DNA of 64,000 nt from a virus, in IMG/VR virus record IMGVR_UViG_3300021600_000005, positions 1 through 64,000 of that record; one strand, 5' to 3'. A model generated the notes under the pieces. It did not search any database, was not told the origin of the DNA, and saw nothing but the letters and a program-made list of their open reading frames with translations. The translations under genes were made by a program, and so were the position numbers. This document shows, one piece after another, positions 43,249 to 53,901 of the stretch (the first letter of the stretch is position 1; each line of letters begins with the position of its first letter).

Positions 43249-43383
43249 TTAACGACCTTGTCCTTTATATTTTTTTGGTTTTTCCGATTTTGGACCAAAA
43301 CTTTTTTTTAATTTTCCTGATTTTTTAACACCAAAAGTCACTTTCTTTGAGCCAGAGTCTTTTGAAACTTTAGATTTTGCCAT
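43249..43383 (-). CDS. 44-aa highly basic protein, absent from the ORF track
   Basis: MAKSKVSKDSGSKKVTFGVKKSGKLKKSFGPKSEKPKKYKGQGR; TATTT-type motif upstream. Confidence 0.55.
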   Translation of the reverse strand: MAKSKVSKDSGSKKVTFGVKKSGKLKKSFGPKSEKPKKYKGQGR

Positions 43384-43530
43384 AAATTATTTTTTTAAAA
43401 TAAATATTGTTAAAACCATTTACTTTTAAAATATTGTTAAAATTATTTTATTTTTAATTAATATTTTTCAATTAATTTTTAATAAAATAAATTCAAACTA
43501 TCATATATTTATTTAAAAAGAATTTCTTAA

Positions 43531-44031
43531 ATGAAAAAAAATATTTTTAATATAGTTGAACTTCGTAAAACTGTGAGAAAACACATTTTAGAACAAATAG
43601 AAAATAAAGAAGAAACAAAACAAAGATGTTTAACTTCTAATGTAATAGCTTTAGATAATATTGTAGGTCCTTCAAAAATTTTTACAAACTATAATTCAAA
43701 CACATTGAAAAGAAATGGTGGTATTCATGGTATGGTGGACACTTTGGATTTATTAAAAACATTAAGATTACATCCACATATTTCAGATTCCGGTGAACAT
43801 TTAGCGTACGATTTAATGAATCATTTAAATACGTTTAGAAATAAACATTATTTAGATGAAACAAATTCTCAATGTCAAAAAGCAATGGATAAAGTTATTG
43901 AACTTTATAAAGAAAATGAACATGGTGAAGATTTAGTTAAAGATATCGAAAAAGTTTTATCCCACGCCCATCCAAGCCCTAGAGCTAAGGAATACTTAAA
44001 AAGGTGTATAATTTTAGTTAAAGAAAAATAG
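43531..44031 (+). CDS. Hypothetical protein
   Basis: ORF after TATTTAT. Confidence 0.55.
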   Translation: MKKNIFNIVELRKTVRKHILEQIENKEETKQRCLTSNVIALDNIVGPSKIFTNYNSNTLKRNGGIHGMVDTLDLLKTLRLHPHISDSGEHLAYDLMNHLNTFRNKHYLDETNSQCQKAMDKVIELYKENEHGEDLVKDIEKVLSHAHPSPRAKEYLKRCIILVKEK

Positions 44032-44328
44032 TCCCCTTTAATAAAGGGTTTAGGACCGTTATCGTTATGGTAACAAAAAAGGGGAAAGCTCGCTACTGTC
44101 CCCTTTTTAAATTTAGTCATCATTATTACTAATAACTATTTGTAACCAAATATCGAACGTTAAAAATAATATCCACCAATTATTTTTTTGTTGGGTCATT
44201 TCATACGGACTATTATATGAGGTAATTAAAAATCTAAAAACCAAAATAAAAATAATGATTCGAACTATAGTTAAGATTATTTTAAAAAAAATTTTCATGT
44301 TAATTAATTATAGGTATATTTATGAATA

Positions 44329-45300
44329 ATGACAAATAATTTTAATAATTTAATTCGTAAAGCAGTAAAAGAATATGTAAACCCCTCTATGTCATTATGT
44401 GAAAATGTAAAAATATCAAAAGATTTAAAATACCATTTAGATAATAAAATTACTTTAAGTGAAAATATATTTAGGGGGGGTTCTAAAAATTTTTTTAATT
44501 TAATTAAGGAAGTAAGAAGTTTATATAATAAAAATTTAATTAAATTAAATGATGACGATTGTTGGATTGTTGAATCTGATTTAAATAAAAACGTTATTTT
44601 AGAAAATGAGAACTTATTTAGAGTGTATGATAACAGCGCAGGAGTAAGAGTTAATGGTAATGATATAGATTTGAGTTATTTTGAAAATATAAAAAAAATT
44701 TTACAAAAATTAATTAATAGGGAATTAATACCTAAATTAATAGAACAAAATAAAGTTTATGATGATTTTACGGACCTACAAATAAACATTAAAAAAATTT
44801 TGGTGGCTAAAAACCAGGATATGAATAGAAATTTGATTGTTATTGATATCATTCCGTGGTCTAATATTACTTGGGGTAGAGTTATATCTGGAGTATGGGA
44901 ATTATTAGAAATCCTTGGGATTTCAAAACATGATTTTGTAGTTGAATATCTTAAACCTACTCACAATCGAATAAGTAGATTATCTGATTATTATGCCGAA
45001 GAATATATAGTTGTTGAAAATAAACAATCTTTACCATTTAGTGAAGAAATTAAAGACGGTAAAAAAATAAGAACATTTTTAGAAAATGTTAGTTTTGAAG
45101 AATTAAAATGGCGTTTTGATAATGAAGATAGAATTATACGACCTTTAAATGAAACTAACTGGCAATACCAATCAGATAACAAATTGCCAATTTTATTAGA
45201 AAATAATAAAACTATATATATTCCAAAAGGAAAGTATCATAGACTTATTAAAGGTTCTGGAGAACTAAAAGTTGAAATTTCAACTAAAGGAACATATTAA
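44329..45300 (+). CDS. Multi-module protein with C-terminal cupin-like domain
   Basis: C-terminal ELKW..D.EDR...WQYQ.DN.LP...IYIPKG.YHRLIKG. Confidence 0.55.
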   Translation: MTNNFNNLIRKAVKEYVNPSMSLCENVKISKDLKYHLDNKITLSENIFRGGSKNFFNLIKEVRSLYNKNLIKLNDDDCWIVESDLNKNVILENENLFRVYDNSAGVRVNGNDIDLSYFENIKKILQKLINRELIPKLIEQNKVYDDFTDLQINIKKILVAKNQDMNRNLIVIDIIPWSNITWGRVISGVWELLEILGISKHDFVVEYLKPTHNRISRLSDYYAEEYIVVENKQSLPFSEEIKDGKKIRTFLENVSFEELKWRFDNEDRIIRPLNETNWQYQSDNKLPILLENNKTIYIPKGKYHRLIKGSGELKVEISTKGTY

Positions 45301-45449
45301 AAATATTCATAGATTTAATCCAAAGGTTAACAATTTTAATGTAACACCAATTATACGCATCGAAAAGTTTTTCTTTCATATTTACTATTTATAAGTAATT
45401 ATAATTATGTTGTTAAAAAGAAATTTAATCAACATAAAAAAGAAATAAT

Positions 45450-46043
45450 ATGGATTTAAATAATAAAATAAACATTACCGAATCTAAAATGTTGAGAGTC
45501 CCTATAAGGACAATTGTTAAAGACATTGTTGAAATTTTAAAACTTAAAAAAGTAGGGACTTTTAATTTACCGTCAGATAGTTTTTATAGTTTTCAAAATT
45601 CAATGAGTGATTTTTCAGTAGAATTATATTTAAAAAAGAAAAAAAAATTACCGTTACCAATTATTACCGGTAATTACATTCATGAAGAGGACGTTATTGA
45701 AATTATTATATTTTATAATCCTGAAACAATTGAAAAAAATTTATACTTTGTAATTGGCGAATTAAATGACATATTGGCTCATGAATTAACTCATATGAAG
45801 CAAGGATATAAAGGAGAATTACCTTCAGTTGAGCCAAATTTAACTCCGTTTGAGTACTATACACAAAAACATGAGATTGAATCCCAAGTTGAGGGGTTTA
45901 AAAGGGTGTCCAAATTAACAAATAAAAATTTTGAAGATGTTGCAACACAATGGTTTGAGACTCATAGAGACATTCATCATTTAACAAAAAAAGAAGAGAC
46001 GATAATTATAAATAAATTAATTGATTTTAAAAATGGAAATTGA
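45450..46043 (+). CDS. HExxH putative metallopeptidase
   Basis: LAHELTHMKQ...YY...HEIES. Confidence 0.6.
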   Translation: MDLNNKINITESKMLRVPIRTIVKDIVEILKLKKVGTFNLPSDSFYSFQNSMSDFSVELYLKKKKKLPLPIITGNYIHEEDVIEIIIFYNPETIEKNLYFVIGELNDILAHELTHMKQGYKGELPSVEPNLTPFEYYTQKHEIESQVEGFKRVSKLTNKNFEDVATQWFETHRDIHHLTKKEETIIINKLIDFKNGN

Positions 46044-46437
46044 ACAAGTAAATAAAAAATTAGAAATTCTTAAATATTTGTTTTGGTCATATACTCAAAC
46101 AAAAAGTGAAGAATATGAGATTGATATTGAAACAAGTTACAATCCAGATAGTACAAATAATCTTTTTAATTTTGAGGAGCTTTCGTGGAACATAAGAGTT
46201 ACACTTATGTGTCCTCCAGAAATAACCAGAATAAGTTATAAATTAAAGAACGCCGAAAATATAATAGAAAGTTTTTTTAAAAAATATTCGTTTGATTCAA
46301 ATAATCTTAAAATTTTAAATAGTCCTAGTGAAATGTACCCTATAATTTGTGAAAATTTAAATTATGAATTTGGTGATGAAACTTTAAAATTTAATTTAAA
46401 TTTTTTTATTAGTTGTAAATAATAATTTAAACTTTTT

Positions 46438-47070
46438 TTACTTATCGGAAAACTTTTTAAAAATTGTTTTTATTAAACTTTCAATAGTTGAGCTAGACGC
46501 GGTAATAAATCCATAAGATGCTAGTCTAATACCAATTTCAGTTATTTGTTTTTCATTTAAACTACCCGATGTTGCAATATTAAATATAATTTCTAAAATT
46601 GGGATTATAAAAGTATAACTTAACATGTTTATTACTTTATGTATTGTAACTCCTAACCCGCTTAAAAAATTTATAAATGTTGTTTTAAGTTCGTCGCTTT
46701 TTTCAAGAGAGATTTTAAATTGAGTTAATAAATTTTCAGATTTTATTTTTTCAAAAATTTTTAATAAAATATCTTTATTATCTACATAATACGTACATAT
46801 AATTGCAGTAACAATTAAACTTACATTTAAAGAAGATAATTCTGGAAATTTACCTTCAACAAAATCAGAAACAGGTTGAAAAAAACCCCCTATACCTGCA
46901 CCCCAAGTAAATAAAAATTTAAAATCAAGTCCTGTTTGAGTTTCGGCTTTTTTTAAAATATTTTTAGCAAAACTATACTCGCGTTCAATTGAATCACCAA
47001 GTTTTTTACTTACATTTTCAATTAAAATTTTATTTTTTTGACTTTCGTTAATTAAAATTAATATTGACAT
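46438..47070 (-). CDS. Hydrophobic protein with INE leader
   Basis: TWGAGIGG plus hydrophobic segments. Confidence 0.5.
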   Translation of the reverse strand: MSILILINESQKNKILIENVSKKLGDSIEREYSFAKNILKKAETQTGLDFKFLFTWGAGIGGFFQPVSDFVEGKFPELSSLNVSLIVTAIICTYYVDNKDILLKIFEKIKSENLLTQFKISLEKSDELKTTFINFLSGLGVTIHKVINMLSYTFIIPILEIIFNIATSGSLNEKQITEIGIRLASYGFITASSSTIESLIKTIFKKFSDK

Positions 47071-47114
47071 ACAATAATAAATACTTCAAACATATTTATT
47101 TAAAAATAATTTTT

Positions 47115-47348
47115 ATGAATCCAGAATTAAATATAGGTGATAATGTAAGATGTCTTTATATGCCAGATGAGCATAGTTCAGTACCCCCAGGTACTTTTGG
47201 CATTGTTAAAGGTGTTCATGTAATACTTGGAGTTAAACAATACGATGTAATCTGGGAAAATGGGTCTAAATTGGCGTTATTATCAGATGCTGATATCTGG
47301 GATAAAGGTGAAAGAACAAAAAAACACACAAATGAAAAATATAAATAA
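47115..47348 (+). CDS. Small SH3-like/DUF4314-like protein
   Basis: GD.V...M.D...VPPGT.G.V....V.WENGS.LAL...D. Confidence 0.55.
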   Translation: MNPELNIGDNVRCLYMPDEHSSVPPGTFGIVKGVHVILGVKQYDVIWENGSKLALLSDADIWDKGERTKKHTNEKYK

Positions 47349-47428
47349 CTATTTGAAAAAATGGTCACGTAAAGTATTACTAACTTACGTAAATTTATTT
47401 TTTTAATATATTTATAATAAAATTAATT

Positions 47429-48019
47429 ATGAGCGCATACTTTTTTAAAATGACAAATGAGGAGAAACAAAATATCCTTGACAAACATAAAACGGTTTAT
47501 GATGGGTTTGTTACCAATTATATTAAACCTAAACAACAAGAACTATATGTTCAAGATTTTGCCAACGATAAAGAAGGTATAACTATTAATAACAAAGGTG
47601 TTGTTACAAATTATAAAAATATGGGGATTAATGAAGGGATGGTTGAAAATGAAGAAAACGATTCTTACATGGTAAGTGTTGGAGAACAAATCGATATGAT
47701 TGGCGACGGAGAAAATGATTTGAAACACGGCACAGTTGGCGATGACATCATGGACCCTGAGTTATTTAACGATAATATAGAACAATGTGAACATTGTGGC
47801 GGTCTTGGCTATCATGAAGACACTGATGAGGAATGTGAAGAATGTGATGGAACTGGATTTTATGATAAATTATATAATCTTAAGGATGAAGATTCATTAA
47901 ATATGGATTTTCCTTATAGTGACGATATTAAATTAGATGTTGAAGAGGAATTACAAGAACCTTTAATGGAACAATTAGATAAAACATTAGATATGTTTAA
48001 AAGATTTAAAAATTACTAG
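47429..48019 (+). CDS. Acidic protein with DnaJ-type CxxCxGxG zinc finger
   Basis: CEHCGGLG...CEECDGTG. Confidence 0.6.
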   Translation: MSAYFFKMTNEEKQNILDKHKTVYDGFVTNYIKPKQQELYVQDFANDKEGITINNKGVVTNYKNMGINEGMVENEENDSYMVSVGEQIDMIGDGENDLKHGTVGDDIMDPELFNDNIEQCEHCGGLGYHEDTDEECEECDGTGFYDKLYNLKDEDSLNMDFPYSDDIKLDVEEELQEPLMEQLDKTLDMFKRFKNY

Positions 48020-48021
48020 TA

Positions 48022-48589
48022 ATGCAAATTAAAGATTTGGTGTCTTATTATATTAATGATTCAACTAAAACTATTGAAGTTGGATTTAAATTAGAAAACG
48101 ACCTTGATGATGAAATTAGGGAAGATATTATTGAGTTACAAGAATGTGAAAATTTTGGTTATAAATTCATTAAAAATAATATATCTGAAATAAAAGACCT
48201 TTATGATGAGGAATTCTTTGATGAGGATGATGAATTTTTTGAAGACGATGATGAAAATAATAGTGAATTCAATAATCAAGAAGTCGCATCATTTTTAAAT
48301 GAATATTATTTAATCTACCCTGACAAAATGCCTAAACCTGAATTATTTTAATATGAGCCTTAATATAGACGAACTAATAAAATTAATGAAGAGATTTACC
48401 CCAAACGAAAATTTCAACGAATTTAATGAACAAGATTCTGCTGGGCAAACAACGGCTAGTAGTGAAAAACCTGAATACCCGACAGTTACAAAATGGGCAA
48501 CAGGAAGAAAATTTGGACCAACATATAACCCAGAACAAAAAACTTGGGCTTCAGGTGTTGTTAGAAGTAAAGCTAATACTTTACTATAA
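48022..48589 (+). CDS. Two hypothetical proteins (48022-48351, 48353-48589)
   Basis: Tightly packed ORFs. Confidence 0.5.
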
Positions 48590-48781
48590 AAAAATTAAAA
48601 TGAAAACGTTAAATAAAATGTTATCATAAAGATACTTTTTTGGGTAATAACCAATAAAGTTAAACCATCTAAAAGAAAGGGGTGTTTAATATCTAGCAAA
48701 AAGGTGTCCAAAAGACATCTTTTTGTCTTTTATAACGTTTGGTTTAGTGATTATAAATGATTATTATTTAGTAATTAAATT

Positions 48782-48853
48782 GCCCCCGTAGGTAAAGGGA
48801 TATACCAAAAATTTTCTAAATTTTCGTTTCTGGTTCGAGTCCAGACGGGGGTA
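48782..48853 (+). tRNA. tRNA-Arg(UCU)
   Basis: GCCCCCG/CGGGGGT acceptor stem; AAAAT-TTTCTAA-ATTTT anticodon arm; TCTGG-TTCGAGT-CCAGA T-arm; CCA not encoded. Confidence 0.85.
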
Positions 48854-49003
48854 CAAAAAATAAGTTTAAAATAAATTTGGTGGTTTTAAATAAAATGACT
48901 AAATTTGTATTGTGGTTGAGAAATCAACATAATTGAGACCGAATTAACTCAATTAGGGGTGAAAAAGAAAACGATTTAGATACTAAGTTCTCCCCCACAT
49001 TTT

Positions 49004-49417
49004 TTAAATTTCAATAACATATTGATTTTCTGAGGTTCTAAATTGTAAATCTTCAGATTCCCTAAAAACAGTAATTACAAATAAGGACCAATAATATCCA
49101 ATATTATGAACTGGATTTATTGCCACGGCCAATTCTTTTTCTTTAGATTTAATGATAAAACGAGTTTGGTCTTTTATTAACCCGGTTAAAATACCTTCAG
49201 AGATTTGTTTTTTAGCCGCCTCAATAAAGTATTTAATTTCGCCATTTGTTATTTCTTTATCGTTATAGTCGTTAATGTCATCCCTTGTACTTCTTATAAA
49301 TGCGTGTCTAGTCCTATGAATTTCAAACACAAAAGTTATTTCAGAAGTAGAAACAAATTGTCCTATTTTTTTTTCTAGTAATAATGATTGAGTACTAACG
49401 ATATATTGAGCGTTCAT
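49004..49417 (-). CDS. Hypothetical protein, possible RNase-toxin-like fold
   Basis: TRHA..R ... VITV pattern. Confidence 0.4.
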   Translation of the reverse strand: MNAQYIVSTQSLLLEKKIGQFVSTSEITFVFEIHRTRHAFIRSTRDDINDYNDKEITNGEIKYFIEAAKKQISEGILTGLIKDQTRFIIKSKEKELAVAINPVHNIGYYWSLFVITVFRESEDLQFRTSENQYVIEI

Positions 49418-49473
49418 TATCTTAAATACTTTAAAAAATAAATTTGGTTAATTAAAAAAAAGTTTGTAATTTT

Positions 49474-49770
49474 ATGGTTATGAATAATATCGGATTAATA
49501 GGCAGTTTATTTTTAACGTTCTGTGCTGTACCAGAACTCATTAGAACGATTAAAAACAAAAAGTGTCACTTAGGGTGGGGTTTTCTTTTAATGTGGTTAT
49601 TTGGGGAAGTATTTTGTTTTTTCTACGGGTTTCAATTAAATGAAATTCCCTTAATCATCAATTATACATTTAATTTGTTAGTTGTGTCTTTAATGATGTT
49701 TTTTAAAATTAAAGAAAATTTGATTTATATAAAAAATATAATTATGTTTTCTACTCATAATAAAAATTAA
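49474..49770 (+). CDS. PQ-loop/SemiSWEET-like membrane protein
   Basis: IG.IG..F.....PELIRTIK.K....L, three TM helices. Confidence 0.7.
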   Translation: MVMNNIGLIGSLFLTFCAVPELIRTIKNKKCHLGWGFLLMWLFGEVFCFFYGFQLNEIPLIINYTFNLLVVSLMMFFKIKENLIYIKNIIMFSTHNKN

Positions 49771-50692
49771 AAAAAAACAACATGCAGACCCTTATTTTTG
49801 ATACCACAAAAAAACAAGCAATTTTATTAAATGGAGCTAGAAGTTCTTCAACAGTTATCGAATCTTTTAACGATGTTTCAACAGTTAAAGTAAATGTTGC
49901 TCACTATGAAGTAATGCAAAAGATAGGTGAGGAATCAGATTGGCAAGACCGAAGTGCGATTCCTGTTATGAGAGTACCAATTTCTAACACAAATATGATA
50001 ATTTTAAAATAACAATAATATGAAACATATCTTAAAACAAAATGAAAACGGAGACTTTATAATCATAGAGGAAAGTTTTGCCGAGCAACCAGATTTTTTA
50101 TACACTACTTCATTAGAACATAAAGAAATTTGGAATAAAAATTTTATGAAAGATGTTGATGTATTTAAGGGGGTTAGTCTTATATTGGACAATGACTTTA
50201 GTTTAACTGAAACACAAATTGATGATGAGACATATCAAGTCATTGCTAATCCAATAATTAAATCGTAAATAAAATGATAAATAATTATAATTGGGTTTCA
50301 ACAACCACGTTTGAAGGTGTTAATTTTACTTATCATATAATTTGAAAATTATGAGCGGAGGTCATTTTGAATATAAACAACATTTTATCCAAGAAATTTA
50401 CAATGAAATTGACTTTATTGTGGAAAAAAACGGTAAAGAAAAAACTCCGGAAGAAATAAATGAAGAATGGGGGGATTCTAACTGGTATGAAAATTCAAAT
50501 GAAGGTAAATTTTATCGGAAATTTCCAGTAGAAATTATTAATGAATTTAAAAACGCCCAAAAAATCTTAAAACTAGCCGAAATTTATACCACCCGAATTG
50601 ATTGGTTATTATCGGGGGATGATAATGAATCTGATTTTTTAACTAGATTAAAAAAACAGATTAACGAACCACCAAAAATTTAAAAAAATAAA

Positions 50693-50724
50693 TTTGGCAG
50701 TTCGGAATTAAATTTATATATTTG
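50693..50724 (+). promoter_or_regulatory. Bacteroidetes primary-sigma promoter (-33 TTTG, -7 TAnnTTTG)
   Basis: TTTG 50693-50696; TATATTTG 50717-50724. Confidence 0.7.
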
Positions 50725-50744
50725 TATCCTAAACTATATAAATT

Positions 50745-51485
50745 ATGACACAAGATACAATCACAAAAATTACAAATTATCAAGGAAATAACTCATTTTT
50801 AATTAAAATGAAAGAATCCTTTCAGAAATACGGAAACTTAACTCCAAATCAACTAACCGCAGTTGAAAATATCTTAGGTAAACCGACTCCAAAATCATTT
50901 GAGGAATTACCTGAAGAAGTGAAGGAAATCGCCTTATATAACGGTAATAATAAATTCTTAATTGATATTAAAACCAAGTTAATTGAGAAACGTTCTTTAA
51001 CTGAAAAACAAATTGAAGTGGCAATTAAACAAAATCGCCAGGAAAAAGACAAAAACAGAAAAGTGAAGATGAAAGTTCCAACCATTGGGGAAACTATTAA
51101 AATTGGTCGTAAAGTTGGAACCGGTCTTAAAGAAAAATATTCTTTAAAATTTAACCCAATTTTAATTGATATTACTAAAGTTCTTGCCTTAACTCCAAAA
51201 TCAGTTTTATTCTCTGGTAAAATGACCATAAAACGTGGTGATGTTTGTATGATTTGTGCAAAAACATTAACTGACGAATTTTCAATGTTAACTCGTATGG
51301 GTAAAACATGTGCTAAACATCTTAAAGTAGAATATATTACCGATTCATCACAAGCAGAAAGATTCCGTAACGAATATTTAAAAAAAGTGAATGAAATTGG
51401 AGAAATGGAATTTTGGGTACCGATTTCACAAATTGTAAAATGGGATGGTGACTCTAAAGTTATTTTAGATATTGTTCACGTTTAA
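50745..51485 (+). CDS. Hypothetical protein with repeated LTxxQ helical units and a Zn ribbon (DUF6011-like)
   Basis: CMICAKTLTD..S...MGKTCA. Confidence 0.55.
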   Translation: MTQDTITKITNYQGNNSFLIKMKESFQKYGNLTPNQLTAVENILGKPTPKSFEELPEEVKEIALYNGNNKFLIDIKTKLIEKRSLTEKQIEVAIKQNRQEKDKNRKVKMKVPTIGETIKIGRKVGTGLKEKYSLKFNPILIDITKVLALTPKSVLFSGKMTIKRGDVCMICAKTLTDEFSMLTRMGKTCAKHLKVEYITDSSQAERFRNEYLKKVNEIGEMEFWVPISQIVKWDGDSKVILDIVHV

Positions 51486-51497
51486 TTTTTATAAAAT

Positions 51498-51568
51498 AGT
51501 CAGGTGGCGGAATGGTAGACGCAGGTATCTCAAGATATGATTACAAGGTTCGATTCCTGTTCTGATTA
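51498..51568 (+). tRNA. Degenerate tRNA-Leu-like element
   Basis: Leu-type D-arm GCGGAATGGTAGACGC; T-loop GGTTCGATTCC; acceptor AGTCAGG/TCTGATT; anticodon arm irregular; no long variable arm. Confidence 0.55.
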
Positions 51569-51571
51569 CAC

Positions 51572-51785
51572 AAGTCGAGTTGTGTTCGACTAATGTGCTC
51601 CCGCATGATAGAAGTGGTGTCACAACCACAGGGACCTGGGCTAACACTTGAATCTAAGTTGGTTGGTTGGTGTACCAGTAACAACAGTAAGTTAACACAC
51701 AAGTCCTAACCTCCCATTTACGTGGGTTGCCGCTGAAGTCTCAAGAAACTATTCGGTATTAGGGACAGTCAGAAATGATTGGACG
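51572..51785 (+). ncRNA. Candidate structured ncRNA
   Basis: ORF-free and GC-richer; hairpins GTCGA..TCGAC, GTGGT..ACCAC, GTCCTAA..TTAGGGAC, CAGTCA-GAAA-TGATTG. Confidence 0.5.
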
Positions 51786-52074
51786 TTTATTTTTTTAAAT
51801 TGTTAAAAAAAAATTAGTTTTTAATTAATAAAATAGTATCTTTGTTGTTATGGAAGAACAGTTAATAAGAAAAATAAAAGGTGGGTTAATGGGGATTAAA
51901 ATGAAAACTAAACAACCTAAAGATGTTGCAGTGTTATTAAATAAGTTAAAACTTGTCAACAAATTAATGTATGAAGATTTATTGAACGATTATAAACAAA
52001 CTTTAAAATCGATTAATTTTTAATTAGACATATCTTTTTTGTAATAAGTTATATTTATTATAAATTATAAATTA

Positions 52075-52677
52075 ATGTCAACTCCCGTAATTGTAGCATT
52101 TATCACTGGTGTATTAGGTCCTATATTAGTATTATATATTAAAAGCTTTATAGATAAAAAAAACCCAAATGATATGGTTAGAGACACTCTTCGTGTTAGT
52201 GAACTAGTAACCACAAAAATAGAACAAATTAAAGACGAATTTGATTCGGATAGAGTTTGGATAACTCAATTTCATAATGGAGGTTCTTTTTACCCAACAG
52301 GTAAATCAATGGCCAAATTTAGTATTATTTATGAAAGCGTTGCTCCCGGAGCAACATCTATACAAAGTAATTTTCATAATATTCCAGTAAATTTATTTAG
52401 TAAATCAATAAATCAGTTATTAGAAAACGATTTAATTGAAGTTCCTGATTATAAAGATGAAGTAATTCACACTTTTGGTTTAAGATATGTTGCTCAAGAT
52501 ACTGGTTGTAAATCAGGTTATTTATTCGCTATTAAAACTATTGAAGGAAAATTTATTGGGACTTTAGGTCTTGATTATACAAAGAAAAAACATAAACTAG
52601 ACGAAGAGTCTATAATTCAGTTACAAGTACATGCATCTTCTTTAGGTGGGGTACTTATGACTCATTTATTAGGATAA
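52075..52677 (+). CDS. Holin-like protein (N-terminal TM plus GAF domain, T4 gp t-like)
   Basis: TM 4-22; DRVWITQFHNGG...KFSI.YE; IGTLGLDY. Confidence 0.6.
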   Translation: MSTPVIVAFITGVLGPILVLYIKSFIDKKNPNDMVRDTLRVSELVTTKIEQIKDEFDSDRVWITQFHNGGSFYPTGKSMAKFSIIYESVAPGATSIQSNFHNIPVNLFSKSINQLLENDLIEVPDYKDEVIHTFGLRYVAQDTGCKSGYLFAIKTIEGKFIGTLGLDYTKKKHKLDEESIIQLQVHASSLGGVLMTHLLG

Positions 52678-52689
52678 AAAACAAATAAT

Positions 52690-53259
52690 ATGGATGATAT
52701 AATAAGTAATATACTAATTGGGGTTAATCCAAAGGTAAAGTCCGGTAGTTTTGGGATTGGTGAGAATACCGCAACTTATAATTGTAGTAGTAATGTTGAT
52801 GTTTCATCACCAGTTGGCGGTAAAATTGAAAAAATAAATGGAACTGAGGTCATTATTGTATCTAATGCGGGAAATAAGTATACAATTAATGGAGTTTCTA
52901 CTTCTTTGAGCGTAGGAGCCTCAGTATCTTCAGGGACTTCAATTGGTAAAACAAGTGGTAGACAGATAACCTTAAAATCCAGACAAGATTTATCAAGTTT
53001 AGAGTCTACAGATGAAAAAAAAGAAAATAATGTTAATAATACTGAAAACTCAGGCGAGTTAGGGTTTAATAGTGGTGAAACTCAAAAAATTTGGGATAAA
53101 ACCGTAGGTAAGATGATTGGCATTTCAAACATACCATATGATGTTGCTTCAAAACGTATAAAAAAGGCAATTAAAAAGGTAACCTTAAAAAAAGAATCTA
53201 TTGATATTAAAGATAATGTTTTATCTGAAGAATTAAAAAGAATCAAAAGTTTATTCTAA
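52690..53259 (+). CDS. Protein with degenerate M23/barrel-hybrid domain and C-terminal LSEELKRIK motif
   Basis: VSSPVGGKI, LSVGASVSSGTSIG; no Zn-binding His. Confidence 0.4.
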   Translation: MDDIISNILIGVNPKVKSGSFGIGENTATYNCSSNVDVSSPVGGKIEKINGTEVIIVSNAGNKYTINGVSTSLSVGASVSSGTSIGKTSGRQITLKSRQDLSSLESTDEKKENNVNNTENSGELGFNSGETQKIWDKTVGKMIGISNIPYDVASKRIKKAIKKVTLKKESIDIKDNVLSEELKRIKSLF

Positions 53260-53313
53260 AAAAAATCCCCATTGTTAAATGAGGAATCAAAAAATCTATG
53301 TTTTTTTAAACTC

Positions 53314-53514
53314 TTAGTGAGTTGTGCTTGTAGCAACAACTGACATTGTTTCAACTGGTAGAACAACTGTAGAATCTACAACTTTGTTACAAGTGTCTTC
53401 ACAACATGTAACTGTGGTTGAATCTGTTGTTGTTGGTTTAGTTGAATCACCACTTACACAAGATGCAAGTGAAAGTGCGGTTACTAGGACTGATGTTAAA
53501 ATTACTTTTTTCAT
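53314..53514 (-). CDS. Small Thr-rich lipoprotein
   Basis: Lipobox LASC. Confidence 0.6.
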   Translation of the reverse strand: MKKVILTSVLVTALSLASCVSGDSTKPTTTDSTTVTCCEDTCNKVVDSTVVLPVETMSVVATSTTH

Positions 53515-53601
53515 TTTTTATATTGTTTTTATTTACTCAATAAATATACTATTTCACCCAATAAGTCAACATTTATTAAAAAAATATTTTTTTTAATAAA
53601 A

Positions 53602-53901
53602 TTTGGTTTTTAATATAAAATGATTACATTTGTAGAACTTTGATAAAGTTTAATGTATTTATAAAACACGTAAAATTTATTAAAAAAAGATTTGACAGTT
53701 TAAAAAAAATGTCTTATTTTTGTAAAAGAATTGATAGTTTTTAATGTATTTGTAAGACATAAAAAAATATTAAAAAAAGATTTGGTAAATCAAAAAACTT
53801 TACCTAACTTTGTAAAAGAATTGATAGTTTTTAATGTGTTTGTAAAACATAAAAAAAATTAAAAAAAGATTTGGTAAATTAAAAAAAAATACCTAACTTT
53901 G
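53602..53901 (+). promoter_or_regulatory. Four tandem ~90-bp units, each a Bacteroidetes promoter
   Basis: TTTG/TAnnTTTG pairs at 53602/53625, 53691/53715, 53781/53805, 53870/53894. Confidence 0.75.

Noticed and set aside
51525-51540. Opal (UCA) suppressor tRNA reading of the tRNA-like element
   Set aside because: That register lacks U33 and a paired anticodon stem.
53602-53901. CRISPR array or iterons
   Set aside because: Units are similar along their entire length, with no unique spacers, and are explained as tandem promoters.
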